Positions 44,890 to 54,799 of a DNA stretch of 64,000 bases are shown piece after piece. Where the stretch lies: contig SCUM01000001.1 of the NCBI GenBank assembly GCA_004297215.1, positions 545,181 through 609,180 on the forward strand, given 5' to 3'. Within the stretch, counting starts at the first letter, position 1. The number at the start of each line of letters is the position of its first letter. This DNA is from Patescibacteria group bacterium (GTDB lineage: Bacteria > Patescibacteriota > Patescibacteriia > UBA9934 > GWF2-40-263). Below the pieces are notes generated by a model, which saw only the letters and a program-made list of their open reading frames with translations, was not told the origin of the DNA and ran no database searches. The translations under genes were made by a program, and so were the position numbers.

Positions 44890-47532
44890 ATGGCGGTCCC
44901 CCAACCCAATCCCGGACCCCGCGTGAAGCGATCGCTCACGCACGCCGTAAGCGCGGATGCGCTCGCACGGATGCTTTTGGCGCGACGCAGGCGTTTGTCG
45001 TCGGAAGAATACGACCGCTGCGCCCCGCCCGTCCTTCGGGAGGGCGGCACCGGAGCGCCGAACCTGCGTGCCGGGCGCGGGACCGTTTCCCCCTACGTCA
45101 TCCACCTTGCGCCGGAGAGCGCGCCATCCTCATCCGACGTCGGGGCGGAGGCGGAGATCCTGCTCAACCTGCTCGAGGCGGAAGCCCTGGTCCTTCCGGA
45201 GCGCCTGGAGGACCGCTCGCTCACGCTCGAGTCGCTCGACGTGTCGGACCAACTCGCGGAGGATCTCGCGACGCGCGGGCGGCTCAACATCGCCCTCCCG
45301 CGCCTTGCATCCGCTTTCACGGCCGTTCCTCCCTCCGGACTCTCGCGTACGGAGGGCTTTGACCTCTCCGCGCTCACCCCGCCTCCCGCGCCCGAAGACC
45401 TCGCGATGCTGCTCGAACTCCCCGAAGCGGAGGAGGCCGAAGACGTTCCGGAAGAAGACGGGGCTCTTGAGGCGATCGACCTTGAGATCGCCGGGATGAT
45501 GCCCGAACCCGTCGCCATACCCTCGCCTACCACCTACCACCTACCACCTACCCCCTCCTTCTCCTTCCGCGCGGTCGCCTCGTTCGCCCTGCTCGCGGCC
45601 GCGTTCGTCATCCCCCTGCACGCGCTCGGGCTCATCGGGAGCGTGCGAGATGCCGGGTGGCGCGCCCGCGCGGCCGGCGAGGATGCCATGAACGCGCTTG
45701 AGAGCGGCGCCGCGTCGGCGCTCTCCCGCGACCCTGCCGCGGCAAGCGCCGGGTTCGCGCTCTCCGGCACCAGATTCTCCGACGCGCGCGAGGCGATTGA
45801 CGACTTGGGCGCAGGCGTCCGGCTCCTGTCTGCGGCGCTTCCCGACGGGGCGGCCCCCGATGCCGCGGCCGCATCGGACCTCTCCCGCGCCGGCGAATCG
45901 CTCGCGACCGCCGGAGAGCGCATGGCGGACGGCTTCGTCGCGCTCACGCGGCAGATCGACCCGACGCCCGCCTCGCGCCTGTCGCTCCTCGCCACCTATT
46001 TCCGCGCCGCCCTCCCCCATCTTTCCGAGGCATCCGACCTGATTTCACGCGTCCCCGTCGCCTCGGTGCCGGAGGGTTCCCGCGACGCGCTTGAGGCGCT
46101 CAAGCGCCGCCTGCCCGTGCTCGCCTCCGGCCTCGCGGAACTGCTCGAGAACGCCGACCTCGCGCTCACCGCGCTGGGCGCCGACGGGGCGAAGCGGTAC
46201 GTCCTCGTGTTCCAAAACGACGCCGAACTCCGCGCGACCGGCGGGTTCATGGGGAGTTTCGCCGAGGTCGAACTCGCGGAAGGCCGCATCGTGCGCATGC
46301 ACGTGCCGGGAGGCGGGACGTATGACGTGCGCGGGATGATGCGGCGTTTCCTCTCCGCGCCCGGGCCGCTCACGCTCCTTTCCGCCCGCTGGGAGTTCCA
46401 GGACGCCAACTGGTTCCCGGATTTCCCGACCTCCGCGCGCCAGATCATCCAATTCTACGAAGAGGCCGGCGGCACGTCCGTGGACGGCGTCGTGGCGGTG
46501 AACGCCTCCCTTCTCCCGGACCTTCTCGAAGTGATGGGCGAGGTGGAAATGCCCGGATATGCCCGCACCGTGACGGCGGACAACGTGCTCCTGGAGGCCC
46601 AGAAGATCGTGGAGATCGAATACGACCGCGAGGAAAACAGGCCGAAGGCGTTCATCGGCGACCTTTCAGGAGCCCTGCTCGAGCGCGCCGCCGCGCTTCC
46701 CGTGGACGCGTTCCCCGCCCTGCTCGACCGCCTCGCGCGATCGCTCGTCGAACGCGACGTGCAGGTGTACTTCACCGACCAGGAACTCGAGCGGCGGGTG
46801 CGCGACCTCGGCTGGGGCGGCGAACTCAAGCGGACCGACGGCGATTACCTCATGGTCGTCGATACGAACCTCGGAGGCGGCAAGACCGACCGGGTGATCG
46901 ACGAGGCCGTGGACGTTTCCGTGGCGGTGGACGCGGACGGTACCGTCACGGACACCGTGACGGTGACGCGCACGCACTACGGCGAGCCGGGCGCCCTGTT
47001 CACGGGAGTGAACAACGTGGATTACCTGCGCCTGTATGTCCCGAAGGGGAGCGTGCTCCTGTCCGCCTCGGGTTTCGACGCCCCGGACCCGTCGCTGTTC
47101 GAGTCCGTGGAGCCCGAATGGGAGATGGACGACGATCTCTTGTACGAGAAGGAGGGGGCATCGAGGCATGCGGCCTCTGGCACGGACATCTCCGAACAGG
47201 GCGGGAAGACCGTGTTCGGCAACTGGATGCAGGTCGATCCTGGGGAACGCGCGACGGCGACCTTCACCTATCGCCTCCCCTTCCGCGTGGCGGCTCCGGG
47301 CGCGCAGGAGGGTCTTGCGGATCGGCTCTGGTCCTGGCTCGGGCGCGCGCGTACCGACCGGTACACCCTTACCGTCCAGAAACAGTCCGGCGTCGCCTCG
47401 CGCACCACGAACCTCACCCTGCGGATCCCGGAGGCGTTGCGCGCCGTCTGGTCCTCGCACGACCTCAAGGGCGCTACCTTCGACAACCGCTCCGACGGCT
47501 TCTTTGCCGTGCTTTTCGAACGGTCAGAATGA
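44890..47532 (+). CDS. DUF4012 domain-containing membrane-anchored protein
   Basis: YVLVFQNDAELRATGGFMGS, QDANWFPDFPTSA, VDGVVAV, NLGGGKTD, YLRLYVPKGS, QKQSG; start 44890 or 44878. Confidence 0.85.
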   Translation: MAVPQPNPGPRVKRSLTHAVSADALARMLLARRRRLSSEEYDRCAPPVLREGGTGAPNLRAGRGTVSPYVIHLAPESAPSSSDVGAEAEILLNLLEAEALVLPERLEDRSLTLESLDVSDQLAEDLATRGRLNIALPRLASAFTAVPPSGLSRTEGFDLSALTPPPAPEDLAMLLELPEAEEAEDVPEEDGALEAIDLEIAGMMPEPVAIPSPTTYHLPPTPSFSFRAVASFALLAAAFVIPLHALGLIGSVRDAGWRARAAGEDAMNALESGAASALSRDPAAASAGFALSGTRFSDAREAIDDLGAGVRLLSAALPDGAAPDAAAASDLSRAGESLATAGERMADGFVALTRQIDPTPASRLSLLATYFRAALPHLSEASDLISRVPVASVPEGSRDALEALKRRLPVLASGLAELLENADLALTALGADGAKRYVLVFQNDAELRATGGFMGSFAEVELAEGRIVRMHVPGGGTYDVRGMMRRFLSAPGPLTLLSARWEFQDANWFPDFPTSARQIIQFYEEAGGTSVDGVVAVNASLLPDLLEVMGEVEMPGYARTVTADNVLLEAQKIVEIEYDREENRPKAFIGDLSGALLERAAALPVDAFPALLDRLARSLVERDVQVYFTDQELERRVRDLGWGGELKRTDGDYLMVVDTNLGGGKTDRVIDEAVDVSVAVDADGTVTDTVTVTRTHYGEPGALFTGVNNVDYLRLYVPKGSVLLSASGFDAPDPSLFESVEPEWEMDDDLLYEKEGASRHAASGTDISEQGGKTVFGNWMQVDPGERATATFTYRLPFRVAAPGAQEGLADRLWSWLGRARTDRYTLTVQKQSGVASRTTNLTLRIPEALRAVWSSHDLKGATFDNRSDGFFAVLFERSE

Positions 47533-47533
47533 T

Positions 47534-49366
47534 ATGACGGCCCACCACCCACCGAATCCGGACCTCGCAAGGGAGTTGAAGGCCATCTACGCGCAGGACG
47601 ACGGGGAGCTCCCCGACCTTTCGTCGCTCGACCAGGCCCCGCGCCGGAGGTGGCGACGCTTCCTCGTGCGAGCCGTCCTCTTCCTCGGCATCATCTCCGC
47701 GGCCGCCTGGGGCGGGTTCTTCCTGTGGCGCGGACTGTCCACGCCCGCGCGCATCCTCGCGGGGACGATCGAAGGGTCGGGAAGCGTGCGTGCCGGCGAG
47801 GAAACGACCTATACGGTACGGTATCGCAACGAGGGCGACGTTCCCGTGGCGCAGCTCGAGCTCTCGCTCAACCTCCCCAGCGCGTTCCAGGTCACCAAGA
47901 CGACCCCGGCGGCGGATGAGGGGACCACCTGGCGCCTGGGTTCGCTCACCCCGGGCTCCGACGGGGCCGTGACCGTGACCGGCTGGTTCCGCGCCGCGGT
48001 GCCGAGCGCGCAGACCCTGCAGGCGGCCTTCACCTACCGTCCGGCGAACTTCAGCTCGGACTTCCAGGATTTCAAGTCGCTCCCCGTGTCGGTGGACGGA
48101 AGCGTGCTCAAGGCGTCGGTGACGGGCCCGGAAAAGGCGCTCCCGGGGGACACGGTCGAATACGTGCTCGAGGTCGAGAATGCCGGCTCGGTCGCGCTCG
48201 AGGGAGTGCGTCTTCTCGTCGCGCTGCCCAAGGACTTCCATTTCCTGTCCTCGCAGCCGGCCCCATCCCGCGAAGGAGCCGTTTCCTGGGACCTTCCGCC
48301 GGTCGCGGCTGGCGGCAACGCCACCGTCACCATGAAGGGAAGCTATACGGCCTCCGCGGAAGGGACGCAGGCGGTCGAGGCGCGGGTCATGCTCGTCGCG
48401 GACGTGGTCGAGCTCGCGCAGACGGCGGCGAGCGCCCGCACGGACATGCTCGGAGGCACGCTGGACTTCCGCCTGCTCGTGAACGGCGGCGAAGACGACC
48501 TTACGCTCGATTCCGGCGGGGTGCTGCGCGTGTCGATCCCCTATGGCAACCGGGGGTCCCAAACCGTGAACGACGTATCCTTCCGCCTCGCGGCCGAGAC
48601 CGGCGGCCCCGCCGCCCCGATCGATTGGGAAAAGGCCGTGGGGATCGCCGACGGGGTCCGCACGGGCAACGTGCTCATCTGGGACAAGACCGACCTGCCC
48701 GATCTTGCCGCGCTCGCGCCCAAGTCGGAAGGGGTGATCGACGTCACCCTCCCCATGCCCGCCTCCTTCGATCCCAAGACGATGTCCGACCGGTTCACCC
48801 TCACGCTCACCGCCGCGATCAAGGGCGTGGGGAGCGTCGTGAGCCCGCGCACCGTGTCGGCCACCCCGCTTGCCGTGCTCGTGAACAGCGATCTCGTCGC
48901 CTCGGCGGAGGCGCGCTACTTCACGCCCACGGGCGAGCCCGTGGGGCGCGGCCCCCTCCCGCCGAAAGCCGGGGAAACCACCGCCTACCGCGTGTACTGG
49001 ACGCTTGAGAACCGCCTGCATCCGCTTTCCGACATTCGCATGAGCGCCACGCTTCCCACCGATGCCGGCTGGATCGACCAAAAGGACGCCGCGGCGGGGA
49101 CCGTCGCCTTCGATGAGACCACGAGGACCGTGTCATGGACCGTCCCTGCCTGGCCCGAGGGCACCCCGATCATCCAGGCCTGGTTCGACGTGGTGACGGC
49201 CCCGAGCGACGCCGACGTCGGCTCGTTCCTGAAGCTGGTGAACGCCGCCGGCGCAGAGGCCACCGACACTCTCACCAAGGCGCGCTTGAGCCGCGCGCTT
49301 CCCGAGATCACGAGCGAGCTCCCCACGGACGAGGACGCGAAAGGAAAGGGAGTGGTGGTGGAATAA
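47534..49366 (+). CDS. Membrane-anchored protein with repeated Ig-like (DUF11-like) domains
   Basis: Single TM followed by repeated 'G...Y.V.Y.N.G' beta-sandwich motifs and GPLPPKAGETTAY. Confidence 0.8.
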   Translation: MTAHHPPNPDLARELKAIYAQDDGELPDLSSLDQAPRRRWRRFLVRAVLFLGIISAAAWGGFFLWRGLSTPARILAGTIEGSGSVRAGEETTYTVRYRNEGDVPVAQLELSLNLPSAFQVTKTTPAADEGTTWRLGSLTPGSDGAVTVTGWFRAAVPSAQTLQAAFTYRPANFSSDFQDFKSLPVSVDGSVLKASVTGPEKALPGDTVEYVLEVENAGSVALEGVRLLVALPKDFHFLSSQPAPSREGAVSWDLPPVAAGGNATVTMKGSYTASAEGTQAVEARVMLVADVVELAQTAASARTDMLGGTLDFRLLVNGGEDDLTLDSGGVLRVSIPYGNRGSQTVNDVSFRLAAETGGPAAPIDWEKAVGIADGVRTGNVLIWDKTDLPDLAALAPKSEGVIDVTLPMPASFDPKTMSDRFTLTLTAAIKGVGSVVSPRTVSATPLAVLVNSDLVASAEARYFTPTGEPVGRGPLPPKAGETTAYRVYWTLENRLHPLSDIRMSATLPTDAGWIDQKDAAAGTVAFDETTRTVSWTVPAWPEGTPIIQAWFDVVTAPSDADVGSFLKLVNAAGAEATDTLTKARLSRALPEITSELPTDEDAKGKGVVVE

Positions 49367-49372
49367 AGAAAG

Positions 49373-49400
49373 AAGCCGCCCTGCGAACCAGGGCGGCTTT
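49373..49400. terminator. Bidirectional terminator
   Basis: aagccgccctg-cgaac-cagggcggctt. Confidence 0.7.
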
Positions 49401-49405
49401 CGTGT

Positions 49406-50236
49406 TCAGGCGGCTTCGGATTCGCCGCAGATCTCCTTCACGATGCGCTTCACCGCCTCCTCGGGGGTCCCGACCTCCGTCGGCGGCTTGAGGATCGGCC
49501 GTCCGATCACGAGATAGTCGGCGCCGACCTTGACCGCTTCGGATGGGGTCATCACCCGCTTCTGGTCGTTGGCATCGGCCCAGGCCGGTCGTACTCCTGG
49601 CGTGACGATCAGGAACCCCTCCCCGCACGCCTCGCGCACGAGGCGGATCTCCTCCGGAGAACACACGACGCCGTCGAGGCCGCTTTCCTTCGTGAGGACG
49701 GCCCGTCTCACCACGAGGTCCCGCAAGGCCCGTTCCCCGGCGTCGGCATTCGCATCCGCCCGCAGGTCGGCGGAGCCGAACAGGACGTTTGGCTTGGGAA
49801 GCGTGCCGGCCTTCACCAGGTCGGAATGCTTCTGGCTGGTGAGCACGGTCACGCCGATGAGCAACGGCTTTTGACTCTCGTCCGGGAACCGCTGCTGACG
49901 GATCACCCAGGCCTCGTCACGCGCCTGCACGGCCGCACGCATGCCGGCCTCGCCGGCATCGGCATAGACGTTCGTCATGGCGACCCCATGGATCGTCGCG
50001 GCACGCACCGCGCCGGCCATCGTGGCGGGGATGTCCACCAGCTTCAGGTCCAGGAACACGCGGCCGAAACGCTTCGCCTCGTCCACGATTGCCGGCCCGA
50101 ACGCGACGAACGCCTGGAGGCCGATCTTGAGCATTCCGACATGGGCGCCGAGCTCCGAGGTATGTCGCCGGATGACGGCGTCGTTGTCCGAATCGAGCGC
50201 GACGATGATCTTCTTTGCTGCGTCTTGCGGAGTCAT
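49406..50236 (-). CDS. pyrF: Orotidine-5'-phosphate decarboxylase
   Basis: IIVALD, KIG, FLDLKLVDIPAT, VTVLTS, DGVVCS, TPGVRP, DQKRVMTP, VIGRPI; AAGGAGG upstream. Confidence 0.95.
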   Translation of the reverse strand: MTPQDAAKKIIVALDSDNDAVIRRHTSELGAHVGMLKIGLQAFVAFGPAIVDEAKRFGRVFLDLKLVDIPATMAGAVRAATIHGVAMTNVYADAGEAGMRAAVQARDEAWVIRQQRFPDESQKPLLIGVTVLTSQKHSDLVKAGTLPKPNVLFGSADLRADANADAGERALRDLVVRRAVLTKESGLDGVVCSPEEIRLVREACGEGFLIVTPGVRPAWADANDQKRVMTPSEAVKVGADYLVIGRPILKPPTEVGTPEEAVKRIVKEICGESEAA

Positions 50237-50350
50237 GCAGACCCCTCCTTTTTGCAAGGGAAATGAACGCGCGAGCACCTTAACAAACGGGCTGTAATGG
50301 GCAAGATTCATTGACGGAATCGCCTTCCGGACATACCATCGCCTCACTTC

Positions 50351-50427
50351 GCGCCCGTAGCTCAGCTGGATAGAGCGTCTCCCTCCGAAGGAGAAGGCCA
50401 CACGTTCGAATCGTGTCGGGCGCACCA
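50351..50427 (+). tRNA. tRNA-Arg(CCG)
   Basis: GCGCCCGTAGCTCAGCTGGATAGAGC, TCTCC-CTCCGAA-GGAGA, GTTCGAATC, ACCA. Confidence 0.95.
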
Positions 50428-50456
50428 AAAACGACGTCCTCCGGGACGTCGTTTTT
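50427..50456. terminator. Bidirectional terminator
   Basis: aaaacgacgtcc-tccg-ggacgtcgtttt. Confidence 0.8.
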
Positions 50457-51378
50457 ATATCCTCCGGACTGCCCGAGCAATCCGATACGCCCCGAACCGC
50501 AGCGGATCCAGCACCAGGTCGAACGTCCCTGGCGAGTCCACGCGTTCCCCGCCGAAGCCGAGCTTGAAGCGGGTGATGCCGGCCCACGGGTGGGAATCCA
50601 GAGCGCCTTCTGGGGCCACGCCCCACCAGTCGTAGGCAATGATCCCCTTGGCCTTGGCGTCCTCGATGAGCTTCCAGTGCAGCAAAAACGGCGCCATCAC
50701 GTTGCGGTGCTCGTCGGAGGAGGCGCCGTGCAGGTAGGTCCGTGTGCGACCGAAATCGACCATGACGTTCGCGGCAATCACCTTCCCCTCGAACCGCGCG
50801 ACGGCCAAAAACGCCTTCGTCTCGCCGGACAGGTTCTTGAGCATCGCCTCGTAGTACGCCCGGTCGTGCAGGCGGAATCCGCCGCGCGAGCCCGTCGTCT
50901 TGAACAAGGCCCATACCTCGTCGTCCAACACCGGGTGTCGGACGGAACATTCAACCCCTTTTCGCTCCGCAAGACGGATGTTGTACCGCGTCTTCTCGTG
51001 CATCCCGGCGAGCAGCTCGTCGGTGCCTTTGGTGAGGTCGGTGATGAGCGTATGCGACGGCTGCACGTCGATGGTGCGGCGCGCGCGGCGGTCAGTCGAC
51101 GCGATGGACGGCTCAATACGGACGAAAGGAGATCCTTTCAGCTCCCCAAGCCCCTCAAGCTCCATCGTTCCCACCGGCCCCTTCGGGCAGTACAGGTACT
51201 TGAGGCCGAACGGCAACTTCGATTCGACGAACTGCCCGGCCCATTCCTTGAGGTCGCCGCGCCGGACCACCTTGCGCCCGAGCGACTCCTGGAACGTCCC
51301 CCATTCCCAGGACTGCAAGAATGCGCCGGAGCGGGGACCGCGCTCGGCGACGAATGCGTTCCACAATCGTTGATTCAT
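50455..51378 (-). CDS. FemABX family peptidoglycan bridge aminoacyltransferase
   Basis: FLQSWEWG, YCPKGP, KTRYNIRLAERKGV, YLHGAS, YDWWG, GITRFKLGFGG. Confidence 0.9.
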   Translation of the reverse strand: MNQRLWNAFVAERGPRSGAFLQSWEWGTFQESLGRKVVRRGDLKEWAGQFVESKLPFGLKYLYCPKGPVGTMELEGLGELKGSPFVRIEPSIASTDRRARRTIDVQPSHTLITDLTKGTDELLAGMHEKTRYNIRLAERKGVECSVRHPVLDDEVWALFKTTGSRGGFRLHDRAYYEAMLKNLSGETKAFLAVARFEGKVIAANVMVDFGRTRTYLHGASSDEHRNVMAPFLLHWKLIEDAKAKGIIAYDWWGVAPEGALDSHPWAGITRFKLGFGGERVDSPGTFDLVLDPLRFGAYRIARAVRRI

Positions 51379-51393
51379 CCCGTCTAGCATATT

Positions 51394-51438
51394 GGGGTCA
51401 GGTCTTGCATCGTGTTGCACAATGCAAGACCTGACCCC
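51394..51438. repeat. 17-bp perfect inverted repeat (REP-like)
   Basis: ggggtcaggtcttgcat - 11 nt - atgcaagacctgacccc. Confidence 0.8.
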
Positions 51439-51442
51439 CTAT

Positions 51443-51988
51443 CTAGCGCGACAACCGTTTCAACGCCTGCCGGATCTTCCCTTCCGTATCCCCTTCCAGC
51501 CCGTCCAATGCGTCCGCGGCCTGCTTTCGGCTGTAGCCGAGGCCCACGAGCGCGTCTACGGACTCTTCGGCCCCTTCCGCCACTTCGGCCCCTTCTTCCG
51601 CGAGCACGCCCGAGAGCTCAAGCACGATCTTTTGCGCGGTCTTCTTGCCAATCCCCTGCACGGAGGAAAGGAAGGCGATGTCCTGGGTCATGATGCGCTT
51701 CTTCACCTCGTCGACCGGGGCGACGCAGGCGATCTTCTGGCCGCTCTTGGGGCCAACGCCCGACACGCAGATGAGGCGGCTAAACAGCTCAAGCTCATCC
51801 GCCGTCCTGAACCCGAACAATTCGCGGCCGTCGTCGCGCTGCGCCTCGTGCGTGAACAGCGTGACCTCGCCGGACAGGCCGTTCATGGCCGCTTCCGGCA
51901 TCGTGACGCGATAGCCGACGCCGGCGATCTCAACGATGAGAAAGCCGTTCCCTCGATGTGCGACCACTCCTTTCAGAAGCGCGATCAT
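51443..51988 (-). CDS. ruvA: Holliday junction branch migration protein RuvA
   Basis: MIALLKG, GVGYRV, LFGF, LICVSGVGPKSG, GIGKKTAQKIVLEL, ALVGLGY. Confidence 0.95.
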   Translation of the reverse strand: MIALLKGVVAHRGNGFLIVEIAGVGYRVTMPEAAMNGLSGEVTLFTHEAQRDDGRELFGFRTADELELFSRLICVSGVGPKSGQKIACVAPVDEVKKRIMTQDIAFLSSVQGIGKKTAQKIVLELSGVLAEEGAEVAEGAEESVDALVGLGYSRKQAADALDGLEGDTEGKIRQALKRLSR

Positions 51989-52000
51989 AGCGCCACCACC

Positions 52001-53224
52001 TTACTCGCCGTCGCCATCCTTTTCAAACTCCAGGGCGTAAAACCGCGTCGCGCGCTTCTCAAGCTCCTTCTTCTTGTCCTCCGGGAGCTTCGGCCAGGGA
52101 ACTTCGCCGAGGACGGCGGCATGGATCACGGCGAGCGCGCGCCCGAACTTCGGCCCGGGTTCCATCTTGAGCAGGTCCATGAGCGCGAGCCCGTCGAGGC
52201 CGGCCTTCCGGAACCGGCGGTTGCGGTCGCGCGTGCGGTCCTCGGCGCGGCGCTTCTCCTTTTCCGCGCGCTTCCACGGGGCGTAATCGTGCTCGGCACG
52301 CAGGAAATGGATGAGGGGCGTCGGATCATGCCACACGCCGCCGTGCGGGCTGTGCCGCGCGCTCCCGCACACCCCGTCGAGCAGGAGGGCGGCCTGCATG
52401 AGGCCGATCAGGTCGTCCCCGTCGAACCCGCGGTCGGTGGCGAGCTTCTGGAGCCGGTCGATGCGCGCGGGGTTCGCCCGTCGCGAGAAATCCTCGAACG
52501 CGTCGAGGTGGTGCGCGATCACCTCCTCGAGGAGCGCCGCATCGCGATCAGTGAGCCGGTGCGCGTCGCACACGCGGTGCAGGAGGCCGTGATAGTTGGG
52601 CGTGTGCACGGCGCGATCGTGCCCGGGATAGTGGCATTGGATGCCGTACGCGTCGAAAAACGCCTGCTGCGAGGCGCGCGGCGGCTCCTGCGCGCGCTCG
52701 GAAGCGAACATGTCGTACAGCTCGAGGTACCGCGCGCGCAGCTTGGCGCGCTCCGAGACGCCGATGTCGTGCCAATGCGCCATGGGCTCGGTCTCAAACC
52801 CGAGCGCCGCGCCGCGGCTCCCGGGCAGCGACGTGAAAGACAGGGTCGCCCACTTCGCCGCGTCGTGGCACAGCGCGAAGCACTCGAACAGCGCCGCGTT
52901 CTCCTTGATCGTCTCCTCAAGGTCCTGGATCTTCCCTTCGTACCCCTTCAATCGCCGGAACTCCTCGATGTCGAGCAGGCGCAGCTTCCCGCCAACCAGG
53001 GCGTAGACGACCGTAAGGATCCGACGTAGATGGCTGTCCATGGCCGGACCCTCGCAATGGTGCGGGGGCGACTGGGGCGTGCGCAGCGACTCGGCGATGA
53101 GCGGCTCCTGCGAGGCGACCGCGCGAAGCTCGGCGTCGGCGCGCTCCCGAAGCGCCGCGTCGTGCTCCAGCCGCCGCATGGCCGCGTCCAAGTACTCGGT
53201 TTCCTGATGGGCTTTCCTCCGCAT
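52001..53224 (-). CDS. Stand-alone HD-domain protein resembling the C-terminal half of HD-type CCA enzymes
   Basis: PHHCEG...SHL, LCHDAAK, YPGHD, IAHHL, LDGLALMDLLKMEPGPKFG; start uncertain (53224 or 53236). Confidence 0.65.
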   Translation of the reverse strand: MRRKAHQETEYLDAAMRRLEHDAALRERADAELRAVASQEPLIAESLRTPQSPPHHCEGPAMDSHLRRILTVVYALVGGKLRLLDIEEFRRLKGYEGKIQDLEETIKENAALFECFALCHDAAKWATLSFTSLPGSRGAALGFETEPMAHWHDIGVSERAKLRARYLELYDMFASERAQEPPRASQQAFFDAYGIQCHYPGHDRAVHTPNYHGLLHRVCDAHRLTDRDAALLEEVIAHHLDAFEDFSRRANPARIDRLQKLATDRGFDGDDLIGLMQAALLLDGVCGSARHSPHGGVWHDPTPLIHFLRAEHDYAPWKRAEKEKRRAEDRTRDRNRRFRKAGLDGLALMDLLKMEPGPKFGRALAVIHAAVLGEVPWPKLPEDKKKELEKRATRFYALEFEKDGDGE

Positions 53225-53262
53225 AACGGAAGCCATTTTAGCATAGAAAAACGACCCTGTGT

Positions 53263-53958
53263 TCAGGGTCGTCGCTGCACGAAACGCCACGCCATCTTCC
53301 ATCCGTAACAGCTCGGATCGAAGGTCTCGAAGCGGACTTCCTCGTAATCGGTCTTCAGGACGTCCGCGGGCGGCTTGCCGACGCAATGGCTTGCCTGCCA
53401 ATCCGTCATCCCTCCCTGCGGCACCTCCATCTCCAGATGCAGGTGAGCGCCGTGCACGTGACCGGTGTCGCCGACCTCCCCGATGACGTCTCCCGCACGG
53501 TCGATATGGTCACCGACCTTATGGAAGACGCGACGGAGATGGCAGTATTTCACCCGCTGCTGCACGGACGTACCGCCGTCCATCCAGCGGTACCGGACGA
53601 GAAGGCAGTTGTTGATAGGGGTGATTTCCTCGACCGTTCCATCGTCACGCACGGAAAGCACGGGAATCCCTTTCCGCATCTTCACGTCCATGCCGAGATG
53701 AAAATCCTGGACGCAACGACCTTTGCTGCTCGCCACGGGATTGCATCGAGGACCATACGGGCTGCCGACGACTTCTCGTACGTTCTTTTTCGTCGGTCGA
53801 TTTTCGAACAGCACCGGATACACCAGCGCGCGGGTCGGATCGCAGCTCTTGCGAACGCCCCAGGCGTGGCATTGGCCGATGGTCTTTTGAACGTCGACGG
53901 CCGTATCGGTCTGCGAGACGATCGCGAACGCGAACAGGTAGGAAACGATCGCGGTCAT
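53263..53958 (-). CDS. M23 family metallopeptidase
   Basis: FHLGMD (HxxxD), YCHL, VGDTG...AHLHLE; hydrophobic N-terminus; AAGGAGG upstream. Confidence 0.85.
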   Translation of the reverse strand: MTAIVSYLFAFAIVSQTDTAVDVQKTIGQCHAWGVRKSCDPTRALVYPVLFENRPTKKNVREVVGSPYGPRCNPVASSKGRCVQDFHLGMDVKMRKGIPVLSVRDDGTVEEITPINNCLLVRYRWMDGGTSVQQRVKYCHLRRVFHKVGDHIDRAGDVIGEVGDTGHVHGAHLHLEMEVPQGGMTDWQASHCVGKPPADVLKTDYEEVRFETFDPSCYGWKMAWRFVQRRP

Positions 53959-54042
53959 GGCAGCCTCCTTGGTATAAAACTCTCGGGGCTCCCAATCACG
54001 TTGACTGGGCTTGCCGTTTGAGCCCCCAACCCGAGCAGATGC

Positions 54043-54351
54043 TCAAGGGTTGGGGTCGTGTGGCGCTTTGGGAAGCGCCGGGGTGCGGTGGCGGCCATGC
54101 AGGATCTCCTGCTTGATCGCCCGCATCACGTGGCCGGAGGCGTAGAACTCTCCGGCGAGGTAGATCACCCGGTCGAGCGCGGACAGCTTCTCGAAGAAGA
54201 ACTGTCGTTTGCCCGTTTCCGGATGCATGTCGTAGGTAGGCCGCAGGCCGATGATCGCGTACGTCATGCCGACGAGCGGCAGGAGTTCGATCATCAGGCA
54301 GACGGCCTTCCCTGGGTTGTCGAGGTCGATGACCCGCAGGAACTCCTTCAA
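54043..54351 (-). CDS. Hypothetical protein
   Basis: TTG start overlapping the TGA of the upstream ORF; (M)KEFLRVIDLDNPGKAVCL...; 102 aa. Confidence 0.5.
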   Translation of the reverse strand: MKEFLRVIDLDNPGKAVCLMIELLPLVGMTYAIIGLRPTYDMHPETGKRQFFFEKLSALDRVIYLAGEFYASGHVMRAIKQEILHGRHRTPALPKAPHDPNP

Positions 54352-54671
54352 GGCGTACCGCCTTGCGCTTGTTTCTTGCGGGCCTTCTTGGCCGCCTTCT
54401 TTTTCGCCTTCTGGCTCTTCGCGTACTCCGCGAAGGCATGCTGGATCACCTTGATTGGGATCCAGATGGGCGAGAGAAGGAACCACTTGAGCCACCACTT
54501 CCCGATGTCGAGAGGGGTGAACCCAGCGATCTTCACGCCGGCCAGGTTCAGAACGAACCCGAGCACGAGAGCCGGCGCCACCACCCAGACGAGCGAGGTG
54601 TAGATCACCGCCGCCCAACCGTTGTGGGTGGAGAGGAGGAGGTTGTGAATCGCGTTCGAGATGAACTCCAT
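54348..54671 (-). CDS. Small membrane protein with Lys-rich C-terminal tail
   Basis: Two hydrophobic segments, then AKSQKAKKKAAKKARKK. Confidence 0.65.
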   Translation of the reverse strand: MEFISNAIHNLLLSTHNGWAAVIYTSLVWVVAPALVLGFVLNLAGVKIAGFTPLDIGKWWLKWFLLSPIWIPIKVIQHAFAEYAKSQKAKKKAAKKARKKQAQGGTP

Positions 54672-54799
54672 GGTCTGTCTCTTCCATTTTCGTCGAAATA
54701 TCGACGGGCATGGATGCCCTCTGGGGTTGAAGAACGGAGGTGTTCAGGATGGCCCTGAATCGAAAGACAGGCGCTTGCGCTGCCTGTCTGACGAGGAAA

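Noticed and set aside
49406-50950. 514-aa extended PyrF ORF
   Set aside because: The extension overlaps tRNA-Arg and the femABX gene; the real start is 50236 with a strong SD
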